A stretch of DNA of 64,000 bases from Verrucomicrobiales bacterium. GTDB taxonomy: Bacteria > Verrucomicrobiota > Verrucomicrobiia > Verrucomicrobiales > V1-33. The notes beneath the pieces were generated by a model. That model was not told where the DNA came from. It saw only the letters and a program-made list of their open reading frames with translations, and made no database searches. The stretch is from contig JANOAV010000157.1 of NCBI GenBank assembly GCA_031411295.1, positions 126,284-190,283 on the forward strand. Reading direction: 5' to 3'. How positions within the stretch are numbered: the first letter of the stretch is position 1; each line of letters opens with the position of its first letter. Made by a program: the position numbers and the translations under genes. Below, piece by piece: positions 31,049-40,757 of this stretch.

Positions 31049-33208
31049 TTAGAGCGCGACCGTCGCGCGTTGTTGGATGGACTCCAAAAGCCCAAACGTC
31101 AGATGCATCGACTGTCGGCATTGCTCATAGGACAAAGGATGCGGAGCTTCGCTTTTGAGGAACTTCAACCATGCCTGCATTTCCTCAGCGTGGCCTTTGC
31201 CAGCGTATTTTTGCACTGAGCGCTTGCCCCGTGTGCAAATTTCCAACTGCTGGAAATTTTCGCAGCGTGCGGTTAGGCCAGCGGCGTAAACCGTGAAGAC
31301 TTCCTTGGGGAAGGAGTGGTCACCTTGAGCGCTGTAGATTAGCTGACCACACGAGCCATCGGCAAACTCCACCTGTGCGGTAACACTATCCGGGAAGGGC
31401 AGGACGCCATCCGTCGGCCAGACGGTTTGTGCGGTCACTTTCACTGGTTTCGAGCCGAGCACATGGCAGAAGAAATCCAGAAAATGGCAACCTTCGCCCA
31501 GGATGCGACCACCGCTTTCGGCGTAGTTGGCGAACCAATGATCCGGCTTGAGCGCTCCAGGATAGACATGGAAGGCAATGGTCTTGGGACCAGGAATCGT
31601 GGCGAGACGTTTTTTTACTTCCACGGTGGCGGGGGCGAAACGTCGATTGAAGCCCACCATCACGCTACCGCTGCTGGTGGCGTAGGCTTCATCGATGGCG
31701 GCCATCTCCTCACGGGTTAGGCAGAGGGGCTTCTCCACAAAGATATGACGATTGGCTTTCAAGCCTTCCAAGACCATGGGGGCATGGAGATGGTGCCGCG
31801 TGCCAATGATGACTGCGCGGTTTCCCGACTGGCTCCAGGCTTTGCTGGCGTTGGTTTCAGCGGCATCGAAGGAAAATTTCTCCTTCACATGGCGTGCGCT
31901 CAGCGGGGTGGCGTTGACGATGGTGCCGAACGCGACGTTTCCGCGCAAGGCGGGCAGGAGCATGGTGCGGGCGAAGTTGCCTGCGCCGACGACGTCTAGT
32001 TTATCGATGGGCGTTGAATTCTTGGCGCTGCGGAATTCTTGGGCGTTAGGGGAGGCCGAGGGTTGCTGGGCTTGGGGGCTGGAAGCCCCCGCCACTTCGT
32101 ATTGGAGGACGACTCCGATGTCGGAACAGTCTGGTTTGGTTAGTTCATCATAGACCGCCAGGCAATCGTCGTAGGGAACCTGACGGGAGGTGAATAAACC
32201 AACGTCCAACGCACCACTGCGCATCAATTGCAGGCAGGCGTCGAAATTGCGCTGCTCGGTCCAACGAACGTAGCCGACCGGATAGTCGTGACCGCCCCAT
32301 TCGTAACCGGCATCGTAGCGCCCAGGCCCGTAAGAGCGGGAGTAGCGGATTTCGATTTCCTTATGGAAACATTCCTTCCAATTCAACGTGGCATCCGTAA
32401 TGCCTACGATGACCATGACGCCACGGTCGCGCAGCGCTGAGACCGCTTGTTCCACGGGCGCGTTGCTGCCAGCAGTGCAAATGAAGGCGCGGTCCACGCC
32501 GTAACCTTGGGTCCAAGCGTTGACGGCATCGGCCAGTTTGGTGTTGCGGGGATTGACCACCATTTCCGCGCCAGCCTGCAAGGCTGTGTCCAAGCGACGC
32601 TGATCCAGATCGGTCGCCATGACCCGGGCTCCGGCAGCTTTTAAAATTGAGGTAGTCAGCAGTCCGACCAATCCTGAACCGATCACCAAAACGCGTTCGC
32701 CTAACGTGACACCACTTTGCCGCACGCCATGCATGGAAATGGAGGCCATGGTGGTGTAGGCTGCTTGCCAATTCTCTACGCCTTCAGGAATCTTAGCCGC
32801 CAACATGTCGGGGATAGCGAGATACTCGGCGTGCCAGGCGCATTCTGCACCTCCAACTGCCACGCGATCGCCTACTTGGAATCGACTATTGAATGGATCC
32901 ACCGCTTCGACGATTCCAGCCGCACTGTAACCAAGGGGCGTCGGTGACTCCAAGCGATTACGGACTTTCTCCAGAGCCGCTTTCCAGCCAAGCGTGCGGG
33001 CGGATTCGAGCACCTTCTTCACCTGATCTGGGCGCGCCTTGGCTTTCTGCAGGAGATTCATTTTCGCCTGCTCCACCTTCATCTTTTCCGTGCCCGGGCT
33101 AATGACGGTATGGGTGGTGCGAACGAGAATGCCGCCGGGCGGAGCCGTGGGCACGGGAGTTTCCTGCAACTCCATTTTGCCGTTCTGATATTGCGCCAAA
33201 TGTTTCAT
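31049..33208 (-). CDS. Bi-domain oxidoreductase (Zn-ADH-like plus Gfo/Idh/MocA)
   Basis: ISPGTE, PLGYS, SRSYGPGRYD, YVRWTE, EKPL, VGFNRRF motifs. Confidence 0.93.
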   Translation of the reverse strand: MKHLAQYQNGKMELQETPVPTAPPGGILVRTTHTVISPGTEKMKVEQAKMNLLQKAKARPDQVKKVLESARTLGWKAALEKVRNRLESPTPLGYSAAGIVEAVDPFNSRFQVGDRVAVGGAECAWHAEYLAIPDMLAAKIPEGVENWQAAYTTMASISMHGVRQSGVTLGERVLVIGSGLVGLLTTSILKAAGARVMATDLDQRRLDTALQAGAEMVVNPRNTKLADAVNAWTQGYGVDRAFICTAGSNAPVEQAVSALRDRGVMVIVGITDATLNWKECFHKEIEIRYSRSYGPGRYDAGYEWGGHDYPVGYVRWTEQRNFDACLQLMRSGALDVGLFTSRQVPYDDCLAVYDELTKPDCSDIGVVLQYEVAGASSPQAQQPSASPNAQEFRSAKNSTPIDKLDVVGAGNFARTMLLPALRGNVAFGTIVNATPLSARHVKEKFSFDAAETNASKAWSQSGNRAVIIGTRHHLHAPMVLEGLKANRHIFVEKPLCLTREEMAAIDEAYATSSGSVMVGFNRRFAPATVEVKKRLATIPGPKTIAFHVYPGALKPDHWFANYAESGGRILGEGCHFLDFFCHVLGSKPVKVTAQTVWPTDGVLPFPDSVTAQVEFADGSCGQLIYSAQGDHSFPKEVFTVYAAGLTARCENFQQLEICTRGKRSVQKYAGKGHAEEMQAWLKFLKSEAPHPLSYEQCRQSMHLTFGLLESIQQRATVAL

Positions 33209-33217
33209 GAAAATTCT

Positions 33218-35155
33218 CTACGCAGCCTCTGCCAAAGATTGGGGCACTTCGTCCAGGAAGCGCTGACACCAGATCTCGAAGGACAAGAGGAAGTAAATTA
33301 AGTAACTGTAGTCCTGCTCGCCACGAGCATTCCGCTCAATCAGTTTCGCCACTGCGACGGGATCGAAAATGCCTCGTTGCTTGATGCGGTCGGGACTGAG
33401 GAGATCACCTATCATCTCGCGGAGGTCTTGTTTAATCCAGGTGCGGATGGGGGCACCAAAGCCGCCCTTTTTGCGATCAATGATTTCGTCATCCAGCACG
33501 CCACGCATGGCTTGTTTGAACAGATGCTTTCGCGTGCGACCTTTTAGTTTCAACGTTGGAGCGACATGAGCCATGTGCGCGACGACTTCGTTGTCGATTA
33601 ACGGCACGCGGACTTCCAAGCTATGAGCCATACTGGTTTTATCCGTATAGGCCAGATTCAATGACGGCAGGAACGTTCCCATGTCGAGGTGCAGCATTTG
33701 ATTGATCCAGTGCAGATCCTTGGCCTCATGGAGCAACTGTCGATGCAATTTGTCCGGCCAGCCAGCAGCCGAAATTTCATTGAACTGACTACCGAACAAC
33801 GAGCGCAGCGCTTCATCATCGGCGTAGGAAAGGAATCCGAGTAAGCTGTCCTCAAACGGCAGGGAAGCACTGGCGGTAAATTTACGAATGCGACGGGCAG
33901 GGCCTGCCAGCTTACCGCCAAGGCCGCCGATTCTGCTGGCGAATAGTTCCCCTAGCTTACGGACAGGGCTTGGCAGACAACGATATTTCCGCGCCAAGGA
34001 TGCGCCCAGATGCCAGGGATAGCCGGCAAAAACTTCATCGCCTCCCTGACCACTGAGCAGCACTTTGATGCCTTGGGAGGCTGCCGCACCACATATGAGA
34101 TGGCTGGTGATGGCGGCAGGGTCCGCGATGGGTTCATCAAGATGCCAAATCACTTCTGGCAGCAAATCAACGATCTTCGGCTCCAAGATAATTTCCTGGT
34201 GATCCAACCCGAACGATTGCGCGACCCTTCGGGCGTAAATGAGATCGTCCACCTGACCTTCGGATTTCTGATCTTCGGCCCGGAATCCGATGGTGAATGA
34301 TTTACTCCGCTGACCAGCGAGCGCGTCGCGTGTGAGTGCCACCAAGGCGCTGGAATCAAGTCCCCCGCTGAGAAAGAAGCCCACGGGGACATCCGCAATG
34401 AGTTGTCGGGTGGCGGCTTTCTGGAGGACATCTCGAAGCTCGGCGGCGGCTTGCGCTTCGTTGGCTGCGGCTGGCTCTTTCCAATCGGTTGAGAAGTAAA
34501 TCCCTGATGTCTCTCCGGTTAGGGAAATTTCCAACCAGCCCGCAGGCGGCAGTTTACGGATGTGCTTGAAAAGCGTTAGTGGTTCAGGGCAGTAACGATA
34601 GCGGGCCATCGCCAAGACCGCCTCCCGATCCAATTCCCGGTTCAATCCCGGCACTTCCAACAGGCACTTGATTTCCGATGCGAAACACGTGCGATCCCCT
34701 ACCCTGGCCAGATAGAGCGGCTTCACGCCGAATCGATCTCGCGCCAGGAGCAAGGTTTGCTTGCGGCTGTCCCAGATCCCGAAGGCGAAGATGCCGTTCA
34801 GTTTTGGCAGCAACTCGTGGCCCCATTCTTCATAGCCGTGGACGATGACTTCGGTATCGCTGCGGGAGCGGAAGACGTGGCCTTTGTCCTCCAACAGTTT
34901 CCGCAGCTCAGGGAAATTGTAAATTTCTCCGTTGAAAGTGATCCACACCGTGCCGTCCTCGTTCGTCATGGGTTGATGACCGTCAGGGGAAAGATCGATG
35001 ATGCTGAGTCGGCGGTGACCTAACGTCACGGATGCGGCCCCAGCTTGGAATGCCTGCACGCCATGATCATCCGGCCCACGATGCTTCATACGCTGCGTCA
35101 TCCGAAGCACGGTGGCTTCGTCACGCTGATTCCAAATTCCTGCGATCCCGCACAT
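33218..35155 (-). CDS. asnB: Asparagine synthase-like (glutamine-hydrolysing) amidotransferase
   Basis: MCGIAG N-terminus at ATG 35155; HRGPD, RRLSIID, LSGGLDSS, SGQGGDE motifs. Confidence 0.95.
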   Translation of the reverse strand: MCGIAGIWNQRDEATVLRMTQRMKHRGPDDHGVQAFQAGAASVTLGHRRLSIIDLSPDGHQPMTNEDGTVWITFNGEIYNFPELRKLLEDKGHVFRSRSDTEVIVHGYEEWGHELLPKLNGIFAFGIWDSRKQTLLLARDRFGVKPLYLARVGDRTCFASEIKCLLEVPGLNRELDREAVLAMARYRYCPEPLTLFKHIRKLPPAGWLEISLTGETSGIYFSTDWKEPAAANEAQAAAELRDVLQKAATRQLIADVPVGFFLSGGLDSSALVALTRDALAGQRSKSFTIGFRAEDQKSEGQVDDLIYARRVAQSFGLDHQEIILEPKIVDLLPEVIWHLDEPIADPAAITSHLICGAAASQGIKVLLSGQGGDEVFAGYPWHLGASLARKYRCLPSPVRKLGELFASRIGGLGGKLAGPARRIRKFTASASLPFEDSLLGFLSYADDEALRSLFGSQFNEISAAGWPDKLHRQLLHEAKDLHWINQMLHLDMGTFLPSLNLAYTDKTSMAHSLEVRVPLIDNEVVAHMAHVAPTLKLKGRTRKHLFKQAMRGVLDDEIIDRKKGGFGAPIRTWIKQDLREMIGDLLSPDRIKQRGIFDPVAVAKLIERNARGEQDYSYLIYFLLSFEIWCQRFLDEVPQSLAEAA

Positions 35156-35165
35156 AAATATAATT

Positions 35166-36281
35166 TCAAGCCGCTGCGAGACGTTCACTGAAGAACGTGG
35201 ACCAGCGCTGGGCGTAGGCTTCACGCGTAAATTCCTGCAAGTAGCGTTGGCGATTGTAATGCCCCATGGCTTCCAACTCTGCTGGGTTGCTGAGCATTTC
35301 CTTGAGCGCTGCAGCCAAAGCTATGGGCTGCTTCGGCTCCACCAGCCGGCCTCCCTGAACTCCATCCAAAGCGTCAGCCACTGCGCCAACATTCGTCGCC
35401 ACGATGGGCAACCCTACCGCCATGGCGTCGAGCACGGCCAACGGCAGCGCTTCGTGCCAGGAGGGAAAGACGAAGATATCTGCCTCTGCCAAGGCGGCCC
35501 ATTTTGCGTCATCGTAGATCGGCCCTAACCACTGGGCATTGACGCCCTTGGCTCGGGCCTCGTTGAATGCGACTTCGATCATTTCCTGAGTGGTCTCAAA
35601 AGCCGGGCGACCGTAGCAATGGATTTCAGGATGCAATCCCTCGGCGGCTAGCAGCGCGGCAGCATCGAGTAAATCTTGACTTCCCTTCGCTTGGTTCATT
35701 TGTGAAATGTAGATCAATCGGGGCTGGGATCGGGCGCTGCGATTTGCTGGGCGGTGGCTTGGTGGATCGGCTACCCCATTGGGAATGGTGGTGATTCTTC
35801 GCGCGTCCAGCCAGTCGGGAGTGTGACGGCGGAGACTTTGCCCCACGAGGACTAACGTTTCCAAGCGATTCAGCGTGAGACTGGCAAAACGTTTTTTCCA
35901 GCCCGGCATCTCGGATTCGATGAGTCGGAAATCATTGTGAATCCAACCAATCACGGGCTTTCCAAGTAATCGTGCGAACCAAATGAAGACGGCATCTTTG
36001 ACGAACGGTTGAAAATAGAACGTAGGCGGGATGACCACATAGCGAATCTTTCCAAATAGCAGCAACCTTAGCAAGCGACCCAGATAGCCGAGGAGTAACC
36101 AGATTTTACGCAGGGAGAATTTCCCCAGTTCGAGCGGGTTATCGGTGAATCGTGAATCGAGGTGGACTAGCTCAAACGGCAGGGTATCCCGCAAGGCCAA
36201 CAAGTTCGCCATGCAGATGGTCACCCCATGGACCGGCGGAGGGACTGGGGCGATGAAGAGGACGCGGGGCTTGGATTGCAT
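35166..36281 (-). CDS. GT4 glycosyltransferase
   Basis: PPPVHG; FVFPSWHEALPLAVLDAMAVGLPIVATNVG. Confidence 0.92.
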   Translation of the reverse strand: MQSKPRVLFIAPVPPPVHGVTICMANLLALRDTLPFELVHLDSRFTDNPLELGKFSLRKIWLLLGYLGRLLRLLLFGKIRYVVIPPTFYFQPFVKDAVFIWFARLLGKPVIGWIHNDFRLIESEMPGWKKRFASLTLNRLETLVLVGQSLRRHTPDWLDARRITTIPNGVADPPSHRPANRSARSQPRLIYISQMNQAKGSQDLLDAAALLAAEGLHPEIHCYGRPAFETTQEMIEVAFNEARAKGVNAQWLGPIYDDAKWAALAEADIFVFPSWHEALPLAVLDAMAVGLPIVATNVGAVADALDGVQGGRLVEPKQPIALAAALKEMLSNPAELEAMGHYNRQRYLQEFTREAYAQRWSTFFSERLAAA

Positions 36282-36349
36282 TTGGCAAAAGCCACGGTCA
36301 AGACCATCTTCGTCAACTGGTTACGGACTAAAGTCCATAGCTACTTTGG

Positions 36350-37336
36350 TTAGAACACCTTGTTGCCGCCCGTCGTCATTTCATGATAGATCCAGTCGTA
36401 GGTCTTCTTCATACCGGTGCGCAGATCGATTTCTGGCTCCCAGCCGAGGACTTTGTTGATGAGGGTGTTATCGCTGTTGCGACCGCGGACGCCCTGGGGC
36501 GCGCTCAGGTTGTAGTTCCGCTTCATTTTGATGCCGGCAATTTCTTCCACGATATCCACCAGCTGATTGATGCTCACGAGTTCGCTGCGGCCCAAGTTCA
36601 GGGGTTCCATGAAGTCGGAGGCCACCAGTTTATCCAGACCCGTCACGCAATCATCGACATACATGAAACTGCGGGTCTGATTCCCATCGCCCCAGATTTC
36701 CATCTCGTGTTTGCCTTCAAGTTTCGCAGCGATGATTTTACGGCAGACGGCAGCAGGAGCCTTTTCCCGACCGCCCTGGTAGGTGCCGTAGGGGCCGTAA
36801 ACATTATGGAAGCGCACGATGCGCACGTCCGAGCCGTAGTCCTCATGGAAATGGCGGCACATACGCTCGGAGAACAATTTTTCCCATCCGTAGCCATCTT
36901 CTGGCATGGCAGGGTAGGCGTCTTCTTCCTTGAGGGCAGTGACAGCGGTATCCGTCTGCTTGGAACCATTGTAAACACAGGCGCTGGAGGAATAGAGATA
37001 CTTCTTAACCCCTTGATCACGCGCGGCCATCATCATGTGGGTATTGATCAACACGCTGAGCATGCAGAGGGCCTTGTTATTTTCGATGAACCCCATGCCG
37101 CCCATGTTGCAGGCCAGGTTGTAAACGAGGTCCATGCCCTTGGCGGAATCGTAGCAGACCTTTTTGTCTTCCAGATTGCCCACGATGTTCTCCGCCTTTG
37201 GATCTGGCTGATACCACATTTCCAATGGCTTATAGTCCACCGCACGAACCTGATGTCCCCGGGAAACGAGGGCTTTGACTAAATGACCGCCGATGAAACC
37301 ACCAGCGCCACCAACGAGAATTTTTTCCGATGACAT
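36350..37336 (-). CDS. GDP-mannose 3,5-epimerase-like NAD-dependent epimerase
   Basis: GAGGFIG, MGGMGFIE, SSACVY, YGWEKL, GGREKAPAA, GVRGRNSDN motifs. Confidence 0.92.
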   Translation of the reverse strand: MSSEKILVGGAGGFIGGHLVKALVSRGHQVRAVDYKPLEMWYQPDPKAENIVGNLEDKKVCYDSAKGMDLVYNLACNMGGMGFIENNKALCMLSVLINTHMMMAARDQGVKKYLYSSSACVYNGSKQTDTAVTALKEEDAYPAMPEDGYGWEKLFSERMCRHFHEDYGSDVRIVRFHNVYGPYGTYQGGREKAPAAVCRKIIAAKLEGKHEMEIWGDGNQTRSFMYVDDCVTGLDKLVASDFMEPLNLGRSELVSINQLVDIVEEIAGIKMKRNYNLSAPQGVRGRNSDNTLINKVLGWEPEIDLRTGMKKTYDWIYHEMTTGGNKVF

Positions 37337-37493
37337 AGTTTGATTTAACGTAAAAATGTAAAATTTATAATTTCAATAAATAACAGGATTTCAGCTTATT
37401 CAAGAGAAATTAAGGAGATTTTTGGAATTTCGATTATCGATCAAGCGTTTTTTGGACTCTCCATGGGACGATTCCCTCCGTTTCAAATTCCTG

Positions 37494-37510
37494 CATGCTC
37501 CCGCCCTTGG
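37494..37510 (-). promoter_or_regulatory. ops/JUMPStart-like element in the operon leader
   Basis: Minus strand reads CCAAGGGCGGGAGCATG, 14/17 identical to the JUMPStart 3' half CCAGGGGCGGTAGCGTG. It lies between the RfaH-like gene and the first operon gene. Confidence 0.55.
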
Positions 37511-37628
37511 TCGATTGCCTCGCTCTTGCGGACAAAACCAATCATGCGAATCAACCTGTGCGAGACAGTAAATTTCATCAAAACAGGGCGCTCAATGGAT
37601 CGGTTCGGTGGAACCGAGGACCACCTCG

Positions 37629-38222
37629 CTATGGAACCAGACCCGCCACGGAGGCCGGTCGGTGGTGTGCAGTGGCCCGACTGAAGGCTGTGACCCGCGG
37701 ATCATGAAAACTGATCAGTTGGTGCAACGGAACCTCCATGTGGCGGGGACTACCGAGAAATTCTAACAAAATTTGGGCGCGCTGGGCTCCTGGGAGCAGG
37801 CGGGTCACGACAGCCGAGACCCCACGGAAGGCTCCCTCGGCCAGTTCTACGTGGTCTCCAGCGGAAGGCACGATTTCCACGGTAAATGGCTCAGCGTCGG
37901 GGAAATGAGCCTGCAAATCCATGATGGCCCCGCTGTCCACGACACCTCCGTCCGTCGTGAAATCCAGCATCCCGCGGACGAACCGGGCGGACTTGATCTG
38001 ACGACTTTCTTCCAAGGCGAATTTGGCGAAAATGTAGTTGGGGAACAAGGCCTCAATGAACCACACGGGGCCACGGGCGGTCTTGCGCTGATGCCGCACG
38101 CGCGGGCAATACGTTTCCCAGCCCTCAGCTGCCAAGTGGCGAGCGGCCAAGTGCTCGGACTTCGGTTTACTCAGCAAACAGCGCCATTGGGCTACTTCAG
38201 ATGATTCCAGCAATGACCTCAT
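37629..38222 (-). CDS. NusG/RfaH-family transcription antiterminator
   Basis: W----KPKSE--A--HL and EALFPNYIFA in the NGN domain; KOW GDHV---EGAF-G; ILLEFLG. ATG 38222 overlaps the upstream stop (ATGA). Confidence 0.88.
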   Translation of the reverse strand: MRSLLESSEVAQWRCLLSKPKSEHLAARHLAAEGWETYCPRVRHQRKTARGPVWFIEALFPNYIFAKFALEESRQIKSARFVRGMLDFTTDGGVVDSGAIMDLQAHFPDAEPFTVEIVPSAGDHVELAEGAFRGVSAVVTRLLPGAQRAQILLEFLGSPRHMEVPLHQLISFHDPRVTAFSRATAHHRPASVAGLVP

Positions 38223-38818
38223 GCGCCAACCTCCTCGTCTAAAACCGCGCCTAGCAGCGGCAGTAAATCCCGACTCTTGGTGTGCCACTGCTGCAGTTTT
38301 CCGACCCTCTTGCTGAGGAAATTTTGTTTCGCATCCGGCAACGCCTCTGCCAGCTCCCGGAGGTGCTGCAAACGATCCCGTCCGCTGGCCAGGCGCGGTT
38401 GCACCTCCCCCCGCATGAAACCAGCCACCAGCTTCTTCAACTCCGTCTCCGCCACATAATGGTCCCGCCGATCCCCTGCCACGTAGGAAACTTTCACGCC
38501 ACCGAAACTCCGCAGCAGTTTCAGTCCCTGGCTCACCGAGCCTTTGCTGATTTGCAACCGTTCCACGATAGCGTCCAGCGCCAATGGCTCCGGGGTCACA
38601 AAGAGCAGGCCATAAATTTCCGCCACTGATTTCGGGATCCCCAGCATTTTTACAATGGAAACGAAAACCTCGATGATCTCCAACTCCACCGCTCCCAAAT
38701 GACCCAACCCATTGGCCAGAGCCGCTTCCAACGCCACGGTCTCCCGCTCCGCAGCGCCCTCAGCCGAATGGCGGCTGGGCAGCACGGAGGTGCTTGGAGT
38801 GGTGGCAAGTTGCATCAT
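38219..38818 (-). CDS. GbsR/MarR-family transcriptional regulator
   Basis: LGIPKSVAEIYGLL, ISKGSVSQGLK-L helix-turn-helix, GDRRDHY motifs. Confidence 0.88.
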   Translation of the reverse strand: MMQLATTPSTSVLPSRHSAEGAAERETVALEAALANGLGHLGAVELEIIEVFVSIVKMLGIPKSVAEIYGLLFVTPEPLALDAIVERLQISKGSVSQGLKLLRSFGGVKVSYVAGDRRDHYVAETELKKLVAGFMRGEVQPRLASGRDRLQHLRELAEALPDAKQNFLSKRVGKLQQWHTKSRDLLPLLGAVLDEEVGA

Positions 38819-38847
38819 ATTTCCTCATCTATAGAGATGGCCGCGCA

Positions 38848-38900
38848 TTGTTCAAGAAAAAATGAACAAATTTTATTAAGCATTGTTGATTATCAACAAT
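38848..38900. promoter_or_regulatory. Two palindromic operator-like sites upstream of the GbsR/MarR gene
   Basis: TTGTTCA-N8-TGAACAA (38848-38869) and ATTGTTGAT-T-ATCAACAAT (38882-38900). Confidence 0.55.
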
Positions 38901-38938
38901 TTCTTGAAGAATGAACCCCAGCAGCGGGTGCTACTTGG

Positions 38939-40693
38939 CTATTTAATCACCGTCCTCGTGCTGCCAGTAGTCGTCAGGCGGCCAGACTTGGTATCGATGA
39001 GGATTTCCGTGCTGGCCGAACTGGCGACGAGGGCCTTGTTGCCTTCCTCGATTTTCGGCCAACCCGTAATCCGCAAGGTTTCTTGCTCCGGATCGTAAAT
39101 GGCCTGATTCCCCGTGGCGATGTAGCCTACGCCTTGACCATCGGGAGCATTCATGTGCACCACGACGTGACCTTCGCTAACAACTTTCCGCACACCATTG
39201 GCCTCCTCGCCCTCCTGCATGTTAGCGACGACTTTGTCGGCCTTGAGGGTGAAGCGCGTGCAGTTCATGGTGACGTTGCCATTAAAGGTGACGCGATTGC
39301 TGGCGGTCTCTGAGTCAGCGCGCTCCGCATCAATCGAAAGCGCCCCCAGTCCGGGGCTAAGTTTAACCGCAGGCTTGGTGGGCACAGGTGGGGTATCAGG
39401 TGCGGAGAATTTTGCTTCGCTGCGGAATGCTTCCGCGCTTTCAGTTGGCAAGACGGAGTCCGCGTCCGGGCGGTAGGCTGCGGGACGGACGGAGGCGATC
39501 GTCGGAGTCACCACTGGCACGGCGCGAGTTACTTTGGTCGGCGGTGTCGGAGCCGACTCCGTGACAGGGGAAACGTTGATTTTACTGACGACCACCGATT
39601 CCGTCGGCAACGGCAGCAAGTCAGCTTTAACCAGTGCCTTGGTTACGATCGTAGTGCCGCCTCCCACGTCAGTTTTTTCGGACCTTTCAAACTTGGTTTC
39701 CGGTGGGGTATCATTGAGCTGGATTTCCTCGGCCATGCTGGCACGGGGAGGTGTCGCCAGCCCGGCCAGGGTCATCTTCATTTGGCCGGCGGCATGGTCT
39801 GCTGCACTTACGGCGGATGGCTCGGCGGGGGATTGGCCTGCATCCTCCGACGAAGTATCCGTGGCCATGGCTGGCAAACTCAAGGGCATCATGGCTGCGG
39901 ATCGACGCACCGTTGTCGGAAGCTGGGCCACACTCGTGACGACAATATTCTTGGATGCCATCGCGCTACCCCGGGTCAGGTTCGGCTGCAGGAGGGAACT
40001 CTCCGCAATGATTGGAGGGGGCAGATCATGGGCTTCCACAGAGGTCGCTGCTTTGGCCACTAAAGGCTGCGCCCCAATTGTTCCCGAGCCAGCAGGCGCA
40101 TGGAGGTCTCTGGGCGACTCGCCTAAATTCACTCCAGCAAGTTTTGCTGTGGAGGTTTTTTCGGACGTTTTCGCTGCTGCTAATGCGATCACTTCTTCTC
40201 CAGATCTACCAGCAGCGGCCTTTTTTGAGCTAGGCTCTGGCTTGGCCGAACTCGTGGCTACGGCCGTCTTGCTGGATGGTTTATCCGTTGATTTCTTCGG
40301 CGGAACCGCTTTGGCCACCTCCTTTTTACTGGTGGTCTTGGACGCGGTGTTGGGGATATTCTTGGCCACCGCAGATGATTTCTTGTCGGAAGATTTGTCG
40401 GAACCACCTTTGGATTTCGCCACCTCCGTTGGCACTTTTTTCTTGGGGCTCGCCACAGGAATGCTCCTCTTAGTGATCTGCGGCTCCTCCACCGTGCGGG
40501 CACGCGGTGGGGCTGTAGCCTCGGCGGCACGTGGTCGCGTCTGCTGAGGGTTATACCCAGGTGGAGGCGGGAGCACATAACCACGTGGAGGTAAGCTGGT
40601 GCTGCCACCAAGGAATCCCTGTGCCCAGCCGAGATCGGCGGGGACGAAAGCCATGGTTCCAACGAGAGCAATTAAAAGCGGAGATTTTTTCAC
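38939..40693 (-). CDS. Exported protein with long low-complexity region and C-terminal LptA/OstA-like domain
   Basis: Signal peptide; K/S/A/P-rich linker; SIDAER...VTFNGNV...LKADKV...GHVV...AIYD...LRITGWP. Confidence 0.75.
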   Translation of the reverse strand: MKKSPLLIALVGTMAFVPADLGWAQGFLGGSTSLPPRGYVLPPPPGYNPQQTRPRAAEATAPPRARTVEEPQITKRSIPVASPKKKVPTEVAKSKGGSDKSSDKKSSAVAKNIPNTASKTTSKKEVAKAVPPKKSTDKPSSKTAVATSSAKPEPSSKKAAAGRSGEEVIALAAAKTSEKTSTAKLAGVNLGESPRDLHAPAGSGTIGAQPLVAKAATSVEAHDLPPPIIAESSLLQPNLTRGSAMASKNIVVTSVAQLPTTVRRSAAMMPLSLPAMATDTSSEDAGQSPAEPSAVSAADHAAGQMKMTLAGLATPPRASMAEEIQLNDTPPETKFERSEKTDVGGGTTIVTKALVKADLLPLPTESVVVSKINVSPVTESAPTPPTKVTRAVPVVTPTIASVRPAAYRPDADSVLPTESAEAFRSEAKFSAPDTPPVPTKPAVKLSPGLGALSIDAERADSETASNRVTFNGNVTMNCTRFTLKADKVVANMQEGEEANGVRKVVSEGHVVVHMNAPDGQGVGYIATGNQAIYDPEQETLRITGWPKIEEGNKALVASSASTEILIDTKSGRLTTTGSTRTVIK

Positions 40694-40757
40694 AATGAAA
40701 AAATTACCACAGTTTAACTAATTATCAATAAAGTTTAAGCATTTACGCGTTATTTTC

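Noticed and set aside
36383..37282. Long antisense ORFs (this one, also 26348-27262, 29008-29952, 39534-40547, 59482-60432, 61898-62659)
   Set aside because: They overlap well-supported genes on the opposite strand and carry no motifs; such shadows are expected in GC-rich codon usage.
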